62,976 nt of DNA, taken from contig JADZEH010000015.1 in NCBI GenBank assembly GCA_020850635.1, positions 1 to 62,976 on the forward strand, written 5' to 3'. The notes under the pieces were generated by a model that saw nothing but the letters and a program-made list of their open reading frames with translations, did no database searches and was not told where the DNA came from. Source of the DNA: Candidatus Doudnabacteria bacterium (GTDB lineage Bacteria; Patescibacteriota; Doudnabacteria; UBA920). Shown here in pieces: positions 27,231 to 36,403 of the stretch. The stretch's first letter is position 1; every line of letters starts with the position of its first letter. The position numbers and the translations under genes were made by a program.

Positions 27231-29513
27231 TTAAGCTTCTTTCTTTTTGTAAACCTTTTTTGGCTTTGGAGGATTATCTTTCCAGTTTTGGAACAGTTCC
27301 ATAAGCTCTTCCTGGCTTTCGGGTTTCTTGTTCATCACAAGCGTACAGTCAGGGAAGCGGGTACAAGCGAAGAATGGTTTACCACGTCCACGTGATTTCT
27401 TTTCAACCACATCACCAGGGTTGTCTTTGCGATCAGCGCTTTCTAAACAGCTTGGACATTTGTAACCAAGCTTGTTCCAAATCTTGGAAATACCCTTACA
27501 CTTTGGGTAATCAGGACAGCCGAGGAAGAAGCCAAAACGACCGCGCTTCACTTCCATTTGCTTGCCGCAAATGGGACACATCTCACCTCGAGTCTTTTCT
27601 TCCAGTTCTTTAATCTTCGCGGCCTCTTCAGGCATTGGCAGAGTAACTTTGCTACCTTCTTCAGGACAAGCGAGGAACTTACCCATACGTCCAAATTTAA
27701 TGAGCATGGGTTTGCTGCAGTGTGGGCAAGGAGTGTCAGAAATTTCAACTTGTTTTTCTACAGATGCTTCCTTTTCAATCAAATGTTTTTTAAATGGGCC
27801 GTAGAACTCTTCCATGACGGTAACCCACTTTAGTTTGCCTTCAGCAATTTCATCAAACTCTTCTTCAATGTGTGAAGTAAAGTTAATGTCGACAATTTCT
27901 GGGAAGTTTTCAACAAGTAAGTCGGTAACCGTAACCCCAATTTCGGTGGGATGATATTTTTTATCAACCTTTTCTGTGTAGTCTCGTTCTTGAATTGTGG
28001 TTAGGGTTGGGGCGTATGTCGAAGGACGTCCAACGCCAGCAGTTTCCAACGCTTTAATTAGGGTTGCGTCAGAATAACGTGCTGGTGGTTCAGTAAAATG
28101 TTGTAATGGTAACAGCTCTTTGAAATCTAACGTTTCGCCAACAACAAGCTCTGGCAAAACACCTTCGATTTCGTCTTCTGGTTTTTCATCTTGGCCTTCC
28201 GTGTAAGCCCGAATGAACCCTTCAAACTTAACGACTTGGCCGTTAGCTTTAAAGTTGTATTTTGAGCCAGCACTAATATCAACCGCGGTTTGGTCAAAGA
28301 TAGCGTGGGCCATTTGAGAGGCTAGAGTGCGTTTCCAAATAATCCCGTAAATTTTTTGCTGACCTTTATCTAAATACTGTGCGATAGCGTCTGGTGTTCG
28401 AAATAAATCGGTTGGGCGGATAGCTTCGTGAGCTTCTTGCGCGCCTTTAGACTTGTTAGAAAATTGTCGTGGTTCGCTAATTCCAAACTCTTTACCAAAA
28501 TGCTGGTTGATAACTTCTTGGGCCTGGGCCAAAGCACTTGCAGCTAGGTTTAAGCTGTCAGTACGCATATAAGTGATTAAACCAACATGACCTTCATCAC
28601 CAACTTTAACACCTTCATAGAGTTGCTGAGCAATAACCATCGTTTGCTTAGCTGACATACCGAATTTACGCGCGGCTTCTTGTTGTAGTGTTGACGTAGT
28701 AAACGGCGCCGACGGATTGCGCTTTACTTCTTTCTTGGTGATGTCTGTGACTTTGTAAGTAGTGCCGTTTAAGTCAGCAGCAATTTCTTTGGCTTGAGCT
28801 TCGGAAGTAATATCCATTTTTCCTACAGCTTTATCAGAAATTTTACTAAGCTTGGCACGGAAAACTTGAGCGTCTTTTTCTTTCTTGTTTAGATCAGCTT
28901 CAATGCTCCAGTATTCTTCTTGCTTAAACTTTTCAATTTCACGTTCGCGTTCGACGATTAAACGTACTGCCACACTCTGCACGCGTCCAGCGGACAAGCC
29001 GTAACGGATTTTGTGCCACAAGAACGGGGAGAGTTCGTAGCCGACAAGGCGGTCTAGCACGCGTCGAGCTTGTTGAGCATCAACTAAATTCAGATCGATA
29101 TCACGTGGGTTTTCTAAAGCATGGTCGATTGCCGTTTTAGTAATTTCGTGGAAAACAATACGTTTGATGCGTTTGTCGCCCTTACCTTCGGCAATTTCGG
29201 TTTCATCACCCAAATCTAAAGCTTGGACCAAATGCCAAGCAATGGCCTCACCTTCGCGGTCTTCATCAGTCGCTAATATAATAGAGGAAGCGTTCTTGCT
29301 TAACTCGCGAAGTTTCTTGATGACTTCTTTAGCTTTAAGGGGAATAGTATATTTTGGTTCAAAGCCGTGTTCTACATCTATAGAGAGTCGTGATTTTGGT
29401 AGATCGCGGACATGACCAAACGAAGCTTCGACCGCGTAATCCTTACCTAAAAAGCGCGAAATGGTTTTCGCTTTGGTTGGGGACTCCACTATAATTAAGG
29501 TTTTTTTGGCCAC
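27231..29513 (-). CDS. topA: DNA topoisomerase I
   Basis: TOPRIM N-terminus (LIIVESPTKAKTI), type IA core, and four C-terminal CxxC zinc ribbons. Confidence 0.97.
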   Translation of the reverse strand: MAKKTLIIVESPTKAKTISRFLGKDYAVEASFGHVRDLPKSRLSIDVEHGFEPKYTIPLKAKEVIKKLRELSKNASSIILATDEDREGEAIAWHLVQALDLGDETEIAEGKGDKRIKRIVFHEITKTAIDHALENPRDIDLNLVDAQQARRVLDRLVGYELSPFLWHKIRYGLSAGRVQSVAVRLIVEREREIEKFKQEEYWSIEADLNKKEKDAQVFRAKLSKISDKAVGKMDITSEAQAKEIAADLNGTTYKVTDITKKEVKRNPSAPFTTSTLQQEAARKFGMSAKQTMVIAQQLYEGVKVGDEGHVGLITYMRTDSLNLAASALAQAQEVINQHFGKEFGISEPRQFSNKSKGAQEAHEAIRPTDLFRTPDAIAQYLDKGQQKIYGIIWKRTLASQMAHAIFDQTAVDISAGSKYNFKANGQVVKFEGFIRAYTEGQDEKPEDEIEGVLPELVVGETLDFKELLPLQHFTEPPARYSDATLIKALETAGVGRPSTYAPTLTTIQERDYTEKVDKKYHPTEIGVTVTDLLVENFPEIVDINFTSHIEEEFDEIAEGKLKWVTVMEEFYGPFKKHLIEKEASVEKQVEISDTPCPHCSKPMLIKFGRMGKFLACPEEGSKVTLPMPEEAAKIKELEEKTRGEMCPICGKQMEVKRGRFGFFLGCPDYPKCKGISKIWNKLGYKCPSCLESADRKDNPGDVVEKKSRGRGKPFFACTRFPDCTLVMNKKPESQEELMELFQNWKDNPPKPKKVYKKKEA

Positions 29514-29620
29514 GAAGATTTGTGCGTTAAAAGTTACAAGGGTGATTCTAGCTCACTAACTAAATTGTTGTCAAATGAAAGTTTTGTTTGCAACACATGG
29601 GTTGATTATAACACAGCCCA

Positions 29621-30724
29621 TTAAACAATTGTTTTTAAAAGCATATATTGTTGTGCTCCGAGGTTTTTGACGATACCTTTCATCTCCAAAAAAGTTAAGG
29701 TAGCAACGAGTTCTGCTGTGGTTAGATTTGTGTCTTTAATGAGTTCTGATGTGGTTCTTGGTTCCGCGCTTAGGCACTGCACAACCAATCTTTCTTTTGG
29801 GGTGTAAAGCGCTGGCTCGGGGATGATCGCAGAGTAGGCGACGTTTAAGTCTTCGAGAATGTCGAGGCCTGAGGTAACGGCTTTCGCGCCTAGCTTAAGG
29901 AGGTTATTTGGTCCTGCAGATTCTGGGTTGAAGATAGATCCTGGTACGGCATAAACGCCGCGATTTTGTTCGAGGGCATAGCGGGCAGTAATGAGCGCTC
30001 CGCTTTTTAAAGAGCTTTCCACTACAACTGTGCCCATACTTAGGCCTGCGATAAGGCGGTTTCTAGCGACAAAGTATTGTTTTAGTGCTGGTGTATCGAT
30101 AGGATATTCGGAAACTAGTGCTCCACCTGTGTCGATGATACTTCGCGCCAGTTGTAAGTGAGCTTGAGGATAGAGATCTTCGTCACGCAGTCCAGATGCG
30201 ACCACAGCAATCGTCGGTTTCTTGTGATGCACCGCGACTTTGTGCGCGGTGGAATCAATTCCATAGGCAAGTCCGGAAACAATTGTAACATTATTAGCCA
30301 CAAGATCGTCACAGATAGTGTGAGTAGCCGAGCGTCCGTATGAACTCATCTTTCGTGTACCGACGACAGACACGCAGAGCTGATCCTTGGTCGACAACAC
30401 TCCTCTATAATAAAGCAGGGGAGGACGACTTGAAATTTCACGAAGTAACTCAGGATAGTCATCATCGAGGTATGATATAATTCCAATGTTGTGTTGTGCA
30501 AGTTGAGCTTTTTCAAACTTTAAATTGATTGCATCGCGGTTCTTTAAAAATTTTGTGATCGTCTCGGTTTTTATCTCACATTTTTCTAGATCTCTGCGTT
30601 TGGCCAAAAAAGCTTTTTCAAGATCATTATCAAAATAGTCACATAAAGCTTTAATTTGACTGATGGAAAAACAGTCGGTAATCTTCAAGCCATGGAGGTA
30701 AAGGTTGGGGAATAGGTTGGTCAT
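29621..30724 (-). CDS. dprA: DNA processing protein DprA
   Basis: Rossmann-like DprA core (VSGLAYGIDSTAHK) and a C-terminal winged helix. Start set at M18 so the divergent promoter at 30760 stays intergenic. Confidence 0.88.
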   Translation of the reverse strand: MTNLFPNLYLHGLKITDCFSISQIKALCDYFDNDLEKAFLAKRRDLEKCEIKTETITKFLKNRDAINLKFEKAQLAQHNIGIISYLDDDYPELLREISSRPPLLYYRGVLSTKDQLCVSVVGTRKMSSYGRSATHTICDDLVANNVTIVSGLAYGIDSTAHKVAVHHKKPTIAVVASGLRDEDLYPQAHLQLARSIIDTGGALVSEYPIDTPALKQYFVARNRLIAGLSMGTVVVESSLKSGALITARYALEQNRGVYAVPGSIFNPESAGPNNLLKLGAKAVTSGLDILEDLNVAYSAIIPEPALYTPKERLVVQCLSAEPRTTSELIKDTNLTTAELVATLTFLEMKGIVKNLGAQQYMLLKTIV

Positions 30725-30759
30725 AATTTTCTTCGTAAATAAGGGTTTTTTGGCCACTA

Positions 30760-30788
30760 TTGACAAAAGAGCCAAAATAGTGTATACT
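30760..30788 (+). promoter_or_regulatory. Near-consensus promoter of ncRNA candidate 1
   Basis: TTGACA (30760-30765), 17 nt, TATACT (30783-30788) with a TG extension. Confidence 0.6.
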
Positions 30789-30794
30789 GTTATA

Positions 30795-30980
30795 TCAATT
30801 AAATATTGCTTGTGTCTGTGGGTAGAACCCTACTTACAAGTTGCGAAAGCAAGTATCATCCCTCCTACTACTTGCTAGTAGCTCCAAGCAAAGGCACGGA
30901 GTTTTTACTCTTAGCCTTTCACTTGTAGGTGGGGTCCTGAACACAGATCTAAGAAGTCCGGCTTATGTCGGGCTTTTTTG
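30795..30980 (+). ncRNA. Unassigned structured small RNA candidate 1 (about 185 nt)
   Basis: No ORF. A closing helix of about 27 bp (30813-30840 with 30922-30948) encloses three hairpins, including TTGC-GAAA-GCAA. Ends in the terminator AGTCCGGC-ttatgt-CGGGCTTTTTT. Confidence 0.5.
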
Positions 30981-30999
30981 TTTACTTTCATATAGCGTC

Positions 31000-31064
31000 C
31001 AGTTTAGTGTTGTACTAAAACCAGTCGCTCCGCTCCGATGGTTTTCTTAACAACACATAAACTG
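31000..31064 (-). repeat. Structured intergenic repeat, copy 2
   Basis: Reverse complement matches the copy-3 core with one substitution. Lies 3' of the minus-strand pth-NUDIX unit. Confidence 0.8.
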
Positions 31065-31143
31065 TCCGCTCTCTGAAATAATGCTATATGGCTATTGATG
31101 AAGGAAAAATAAAATCCCGCTCATATTGAGCGGGATTTTAGAT

Positions 31144-31602
31144 TTATTTTACTTCGTTAAACTTTTGAGTAAGAATTGTGTTCATGTCTTTGAAATGGAC
31201 GTTACCTGCGAACTGTTTTTTCTCGATTACGTATGGCAGCCAGTAACGATCTGCTGGCCACATGTCTTCGTAGGGTATATCGGTAAAATTAAACCATTGC
31301 GGTTTCATCTCGTCGGTTTCCTTGGGCTCTCCAGAATATCGTTCTGTGGTAAAGATGTGAACAACAAGAACATCAGGGTCATTTTCAAAAGTAAACCGGA
31401 TGAGACCAATTTTTCGCAGACTCCTTACTGTGATATCAGCTTCTTCTTTGGCTTCGCGCTCCGCAGCCTCTTCAACCGTCTCGTCATCTGTGACTTTACC
31501 GCCAAAGCCATTCCATCTGCCCTGACCGAATCCTCGTTTTTTCATTCCAAGTAGGATTCGCGAGGAGTCGGTGACTATGCAGAGTGTAAGAATTTTTTCC
31601 AT
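31144..31602 (-). CDS. NUDIX hydrolase (MutT-like)
   Basis: Nudix box GGKVTDDETVEEAAEREAKEEADI. Confidence 0.85.
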   Translation of the reverse strand: MEKILTLCIVTDSSRILLGMKKRGFGQGRWNGFGGKVTDDETVEEAAEREAKEEADITVRSLRKIGLIRFTFENDPDVLVVHIFTTERYSGEPKETDEMKPQWFNFTDIPYEDMWPADRYWLPYVIEKKQFAGNVHFKDMNTILTQKFNEVK

Positions 31603-31605
31603 GGG

Positions 31606-32145
31606 CTACTTATTGAGAAATTTTGAAATTTGTTCGTTGACTTTAGGAAGAACATCTTTTTGGAGTGTCTCAAGTTCTGAGTCGGTGAAGTTTTGTAGGA
31701 CAAACACCTCGGTTGGAATAGGGGAACCTGGTTCTCTAGTTTCAACTCCAATACGAATCCGTTGAAAGTCTTGGCTACCGAGTTCATCTATAATATCTTG
31801 TACACCGTTGTGGCCAGCGCCTTGTGAGCTCTCGGTTGCTTTTAAGCTGCCAAGTGGTAAATCTTTTTCATCATGAACAACGAGAATATCTTTAGTCGGA
31901 TCGAGTTTATAGAACTGAACAAGCTCGCGGACAACACTCCCAGACTTATTCATAAAGGTCTGTGGTTTAACAAAAAAGACTTTATTGCCATCAGTTTGAA
32001 GTTCACAGATTTGGGCATCAAATTTACTAGCGCAGTTGATGACTTGCAAATCTTTCATGTAAAAGTCTAAAGCCAAAAAGCCCGCATTGTGGCGGGTCTG
32101 AGTATATTTTTCTCCAGGATTTCCAAGACCGATGATTATTTTCAT
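31606..32145 (-). CDS. pth: Peptidyl-tRNA hydrolase
   Basis: IIGLGNPGEKYTQTRHNAGF signature. Confidence 0.95.
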   Translation of the reverse strand: MKIIIGLGNPGEKYTQTRHNAGFLALDFYMKDLQVINCASKFDAQICELQTDGNKVFFVKPQTFMNKSGSVVRELVQFYKLDPTKDILVVHDEKDLPLGSLKATESSQGAGHNGVQDIIDELGSQDFQRIRIGVETREPGSPIPTEVFVLQNFTDSELETLQKDVLPKVNEQISKFLNK

Positions 32146-32172
32146 AGAGTTAGTATAGCGAAGTTAGGGTAT

Positions 32173-32215
32173 AAAAAAAAGTTCCCGGAGCCGCGCTGTT
32201 TTGCGCGGCTCCGGG
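32173..32215 (-). terminator. Intrinsic terminator of cassette E
   Basis: Minus strand reads CCCGGAGCCGCGC-aaaaca-GCGCGGCTCCGGG followed by AACTTTTTTTT. Confidence 0.8.
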
Positions 32216-32222
32216 GGTTGGA

Positions 32223-32585
32223 TCAGGTGGAAGCGGTTGTCGCCTCTGAGTTGAGAAGGATGATGTCCTCGCTCATCGCATATCTCTCAATCACGACCTG
32301 GCATGAGACTTTGAACTCCCGGCACGTTTCTTCGATGATCGTCCCGATCCTCTCCGCCGCAGTTCCTAACGGGGTTGTCTTCCCAACCACGACTTCGAAC
32401 AGAATGTCGACATCATATGGACCCATGCTTGCTCTGCTGTCGACGGAGATCGTGTTCGTGAAAGGCTTTTCACCTAGGCCTTCGAAAATTCTGCCCGCCT
32501 CAATGGCGTCGCAGACTTGCTTGAGGACCGTGGTGGCAGTCAAGCTGTACTTGACGCCCCGCTGTGTCAGCAGGATCTTGATCAT
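32223..32585 (-). CDS. Hypothetical protein, 120 aa (G+C-rich cassette E; distant Asp23/Gls24-like pattern)
   Basis: AGGAGAA lies 4 nt upstream of the ATG at 32585. The track's longer form starts at the TTG of the -35 box. The segment DVDILFEVVVGKTTPLGTAAERIGTIIEETCREFKVSCQVVIE resembles the Asp23 core. Confidence 0.55.
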   Translation of the reverse strand: MIKILLTQRGVKYSLTATTVLKQVCDAIEAGRIFEGLGEKPFTNTISVDSRASMGPYDVDILFEVVVGKTTPLGTAAERIGTIIEETCREFKVSCQVVIERYAMSEDIILLNSEATTAST

Positions 32586-32634
32586 TGTCTTCTCCTGTCC
32601 GTCTAAGATGTTGTCCCACAAGTGGGAACTCACT

Positions 32635-32663
32635 ATAATACTTCTTTTTGACTCCTCGGTCAA
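32635..32663 (-). promoter_or_regulatory. Putative promoter of cassette E
   Basis: Minus strand reads TTGACC, 17 nt, TATTAT. Confidence 0.5.
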
Positions 32664-32765
32664 TAGTTGAAGTGTGGTTGATTTAAAAATCCTGATTGGG
32701 GATATCTTTGTTTGCTTTTTTTATGTGAGACTAGTATGCTTACAATAGATTCTTAAATAAAAACA

Positions 32766-33074
32766 ATGGGAAACAAAAATATATTATTGTGGGTTATAGC
32801 GGTAATAGCTCTGGTATTGTCTACTATTGCGATAGTCGCTCCCAGGGGTCAACAGTCAGATGCTGCTTATAGCAATTTAACTGCAACGCAATCAGAAACT
32901 TTGTATCAGGGTGGGGGCGGAGAGGTGAGGCCGGCACCTCAGAAGTGTACTTATATAGGCTCTGATGGAATGGCTCATATTGGGATAGTAGAACGTGATA
33001 ATTTTTCCGGAAAAGATTTGTGTGTAGATGGAGATGGAAGAACTCATGTGATAAGAGATTATGTTCGGCTTTAG
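32766..33074 (+). CDS. Small membrane-anchored protein, 102 aa, paralogue of 26875-27177
   Basis: Same conserved N-terminal anchor. Variable ectodomain with two Cys. Confidence 0.65.
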   Translation: MGNKNILLWVIAVIALVLSTIAIVAPRGQQSDAAYSNLTATQSETLYQGGGGEVRPAPQKCTYIGSDGMAHIGIVERDNFSGKDLCVDGDGRTHVIRDYVRL

Positions 33075-33081
33075 CTCTAAC

Positions 33082-33115
33082 AAAAAGCCTTACTCCAATG
33101 AGTAAGGCTTTTTGT
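33082..33115. terminator. Bidirectional intrinsic terminator
   Basis: AAAAGCCTTACT-ccaatg-AGTAAGGCTTTT. Confidence 0.75.
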
Positions 33116-33123
33116 TTCTATGA

Positions 33124-34443
33124 CTAACTCTTATCTTTACCGCGGATTTTGAGGCTGATTGGCGTGCCCCAGAGTTCCATGTCGCGAACAATGCGATTCT
33201 TCACAGCATTGCGGAATTGCATCGAGATCGCAGCGGGGTAGTTTACCAACAGTTCAAACATTGGCGGGTTAGTTGCTAACTGCTTAAGACCAAAGACTTT
33301 TGGTTTTTTTTGATCTCGCAAAAGTTTTGGTGGGTTTTGCTTTAAGACTTTGGTCAGTAAGTGTTCCAAGTCTTCGCGAACCACTTCTTTGTGACGGTTG
33401 ATATAAATTGGTTTGATTGATTCAAGTAAGTCATCTATGCCAGTGTTGTCTTTGGCGGAAATAAAGAACATTGGAGACATCCACAAGAAGGGGAGATGGA
33501 AACTGATGTAGTCACGAAGCTTTTGCTCGTCACCATCGTACAAATCCATTTTGTTGGCAGCAATAATTAAGCCTTTGCCCATGTCTAAAACCTCTTGGGC
33601 TAAGTGCTGGTCCTGTTTGGTAATATCTTCGTTGGCTTCAATCACTAAAATCGCAATATCACTACGACGCAAAGCCTTAAAGGTTTGGAACCCACTATAT
33701 ATATCGGGTAGGGTTTGACGATATGACTTGCGTTTGAGTCCAGCCGTATCGATAAAAGTGTAAGGTTCACCTTTAATTTTGATATGAGTATCAATGGCAG
33801 TGCGAGTTGTTCCTGGAATGGTTGAAACAATCACACGTTCTTCGTTTAAAATGCGATTGAGCAAACTAGACTTCCCAACGTTTGGTTTACCAACAATACT
33901 TACAGCAATGCCTTCTGGTTTTGGTTCGGTTTCTCGAGGATTTTTCTTGAGGACATCAACGACAGCGTCTAGCAGGTCACCAATCCCGCGTCCGTTGATA
34001 CTAGAAACGCCATAAATATTTTTGATACCCAGCGCATGAAAGCCCTCAACCTTTTCTAAAAGTTGTTTTGGGGAATCGAGTTTGTTAACCGCGAGAATTA
34101 CAGGTTTTTTAGTTTTGCGAAATTTCAACAGAGCTTTGCGATCGAGGGTTTCAATTTCACGACGGCCATCAACCACAAACAGTAACACGTCGGCTTCTTG
34201 AACAGCGATATCAATTTGATGAGTGATAGCGCTTTCAAGCTCTTGCATATTACCAAAAGTAATTCCAGCAGTATCGACTAAAGTGAAGTCAACGCCATTC
34301 CAGGAAGTGTCCATGTATTGGCGATCGCGAGTGGTACCTTCGACTTTTGAGGTGACAGCCAAAGGCTTCCCTGCAATTTTATTGAGCAGGGTAGATTTGC
34401 CGGCATTCGGCTCACCAACAATAGCGACAATTGGTAATGACAT
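33124..34443 (-). CDS. der: Ribosome-associated GTPase Der (EngA)
   Basis: Two tandem G domains (GEPNAGKST, GKPNVGKSS) plus a KH-like C-terminus. Confidence 0.95.
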   Translation of the reverse strand: MSLPIVAIVGEPNAGKSTLLNKIAGKPLAVTSKVEGTTRDRQYMDTSWNGVDFTLVDTAGITFGNMQELESAITHQIDIAVQEADVLLFVVDGRREIETLDRKALLKFRKTKKPVILAVNKLDSPKQLLEKVEGFHALGIKNIYGVSSINGRGIGDLLDAVVDVLKKNPRETEPKPEGIAVSIVGKPNVGKSSLLNRILNEERVIVSTIPGTTRTAIDTHIKIKGEPYTFIDTAGLKRKSYRQTLPDIYSGFQTFKALRRSDIAILVIEANEDITKQDQHLAQEVLDMGKGLIIAANKMDLYDGDEQKLRDYISFHLPFLWMSPMFFISAKDNTGIDDLLESIKPIYINRHKEVVREDLEHLLTKVLKQNPPKLLRDQKKPKVFGLKQLATNPPMFELLVNYPAAISMQFRNAVKNRIVRDMELWGTPISLKIRGKDKS

Positions 34444-34484
34444 AATTGTTTATGATAGCACTATTCTCGGTAAAACTCAACCGC

Positions 34485-36053
34485 CTACTGAGTAGTTTTT
34501 GGGGTTGTAGTTGTGGGAGTTTTTGTTGTGGGAGTGGTTGGAGTTGTGGTTGTAGGAGCTTTGGTTGTGGCTGATTGAACTGTGCCTTGAGGGGCAACAT
34601 AATCGGTGCCGACGATGACCAATATATCAACTTTTGATTTGTCGATTTTGATGCCTGAAGGGGGGAGAGTGACTTCGCTGGCGCCAAACTTGGTTTTAAT
34701 TAGTTCAGCTGGCCCAGGTTTGCTGTTCGCTTGATAGTAAACTGTTTTCGAAATTGGATTACCGCCGTAACTAACTTTGTAAACCGTGAGACCCAAGGCT
34801 TTAAGTTCTTTTTCTGCGGGAGCATAATTTTTTTCGCCTGTAGTACTATCGGCTAACCAAATTGTGGCTTGTTGAGCTTGGGCTTGGGCTGAATCAAAAC
34901 TATTTTTGAAGAAGTTTTGGATGTCTGAAGCTTTCTTGCCCGGACATGGTGAGAGGACATAAGCGCCGTTGCTTTGCAAAATTTCTGGACAAATTAAGTT
35001 TGTGGATGGGTCGAGATTTAGTGAGACTATACTGTCTTGACCAAACTCTTTACTTAGACCATATAGCTTTAGCATTTCATCAAGTTGGATGTTGGTGTGA
35101 AAATGATTGCCAAGTACTGTGACAAGTTCGTTGAGCTTGCCGCTGTCTGTAATTAAGTTGAGGCTGGTGGCCTTATCTTTTACTGCCTGCATAACTTTTT
35201 GTTGACGTGCACTTCGGGCAAAATCGCTACCTTCAGGGCCAGCGGCGTGTCGAGAGCGAGCAAAAATTAAGGCTCGTCGACCATCCATGTGTTCAGTGCC
35301 GGCCTTAAAAGTTACTGGGGCGATATATCCTTCGTTATTATCAGGGTAGCTAGAGTCAGTAAATGTGCGTTCAATTTGAATATCAACACCGCCGATAACA
35401 TCAACCCCTTCTTGAAAGCCAGCAAAATCAACCACAGCGAAGTAAGGAATTTTTAACCCTGAAATTTTTTCTACTGCAGCAATGGCAGCTTTACCCCCAT
35501 CGTTATAACTTTTGTTTTTGTTATAACCCTCGGCGAAAGCTGCGTTGATTTTGCGTTGACCTAGAGTTGGACCAAGATCGGCAAGGTAGTCGCGGGGGAT
35601 GGAGATTAAACTAACTTTTTTATCATCAGGTCTGATTTGAGCAAGGATCATAGTGTCAGATAAATAACCACCATCATGACCAGCTCCACCAATTCCTAAA
35701 AGTAAGATATTGATTTGACCATCTCCTTCGCCAATGAGTTGCACGTCTCGGCCAGTAGCGCTTCGTACCAGTTGATTAAGTTTGTTGAAGAAGGTCGATT
35801 TTTCACCAACAAAAATTTTATTGGTGATGTCGGTGGCGCGAACAACAGCAAACCCACCAACCCCAAGGATGGCTAGGGCCATCAAAATTAAAAACCCTTT
35901 CATGAACCGTTTGCCAGTAGAAGGCTTGGGAGGAAGGATGGTTTTGCCTTGTTGTGGAGGATTGATTACAGTCACACGTGGACCTGTTTTTTTAAGAAGT
36001 TCTTGTTCTTGAGAATCAAAGAAATCATTCTTCATGGATTTTCGTGGAGGCAT
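34485..36053 (-). CDS. LytR-CpsA-Psr (LCP) family cell-envelope phosphotransferase with LytR_C domain and T/P-rich tail
   Basis: TM anchor, LCP core (ILLLGIGG...SIPRD), and a C-terminal PTTTTPTTPTTKTPTTTTPK tail. Confidence 0.85.
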   Translation of the reverse strand: MPPRKSMKNDFFDSQEQELLKKTGPRVTVINPPQQGKTILPPKPSTGKRFMKGFLILMALAILGVGGFAVVRATDITNKIFVGEKSTFFNKLNQLVRSATGRDVQLIGEGDGQINILLLGIGGAGHDGGYLSDTMILAQIRPDDKKVSLISIPRDYLADLGPTLGQRKINAAFAEGYNKNKSYNDGGKAAIAAVEKISGLKIPYFAVVDFAGFQEGVDVIGGVDIQIERTFTDSSYPDNNEGYIAPVTFKAGTEHMDGRRALIFARSRHAAGPEGSDFARSARQQKVMQAVKDKATSLNLITDSGKLNELVTVLGNHFHTNIQLDEMLKLYGLSKEFGQDSIVSLNLDPSTNLICPEILQSNGAYVLSPCPGKKASDIQNFFKNSFDSAQAQAQQATIWLADSTTGEKNYAPAEKELKALGLTVYKVSYGGNPISKTVYYQANSKPGPAELIKTKFGASEVTLPPSGIKIDKSKVDILVIVGTDYVAPQGTVQSATTKAPTTTTPTTPTTKTPTTTTPKTTQ

Positions 36054-36195
36054 CGAGATTTTTGCGAATTATCGTTCTTATAGTATACCTAAATTTTACT
36101 TTTTTATCTATACATTCGCGTGATACTTTAGTGCTTGCATTCGACTAAAAAACAGTGATAAACTGTAACAAGTTTTGAGGTTAAGTGAGATTGAT

Positions 36196-36272
36196 GGATT
36201 CATAGCTCAGCTGGTTAGAGCGTTCGATTCACATTCGAAAGGTCAGAGGTTCGAATCCTCTTGGATCCACCA
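36196..36272 (+). tRNA. tRNA-Val (anticodon CAC)
   Basis: Cloverleaf drawn by hand: anticodon arm TTCGA-TTCACAT-TCGAA, T loop TTCGAAT, encoded CCA. 77 nt. Confidence 0.93.
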
Positions 36273-36403
36273 AAAATAGGTGATTGAAGGTTGAAGAACT
36301 ATCAAACATAAGCGATTTTTGACCAGAGCTTTACAAACCTGTCAGAGTCTTTACAATACAAGCACAACGTAAAATTTTTATTTACTTTCATCGAGGAGAT
36401 TTC

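Noticed and set aside
30795-30980. Calling ncRNA candidate 1 (or candidate 2 at 59970-60131) SRP RNA, 6S RNA, tmRNA or RNase P RNA
   Set aside because: By eye I found none of the diagnostic features: no SRP domain IV motif (GGAA tetraloop with a flanking AGCA/AGG loop), no tmRNA tRNA-like ends or tag ORF, no RNase P P4 consensus in context, and no clear 6S central bubble. Both are left unassigned rather than given a guessed family.
32089-32670. 193-aa plus-strand ORF spanning the pth start, the cassette E terminator and cassette E
   Set aside because: It crosses a strong hairpin terminator and a gene start. The translation is Ser/Arg-rich with no signals. The minus-strand ORF has a promoter, SD and terminator.
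34485-34580. Short tandem-looking repeats (GTTGTGG/GGAGTTG units) that might have been taken for a repeat array
   Set aside because: They are in frame within the LCP gene and encode its low-complexity tail (PTTTTPTTPTTKTPTTTTPK). This is not a CRISPR or a noncoding repeat.
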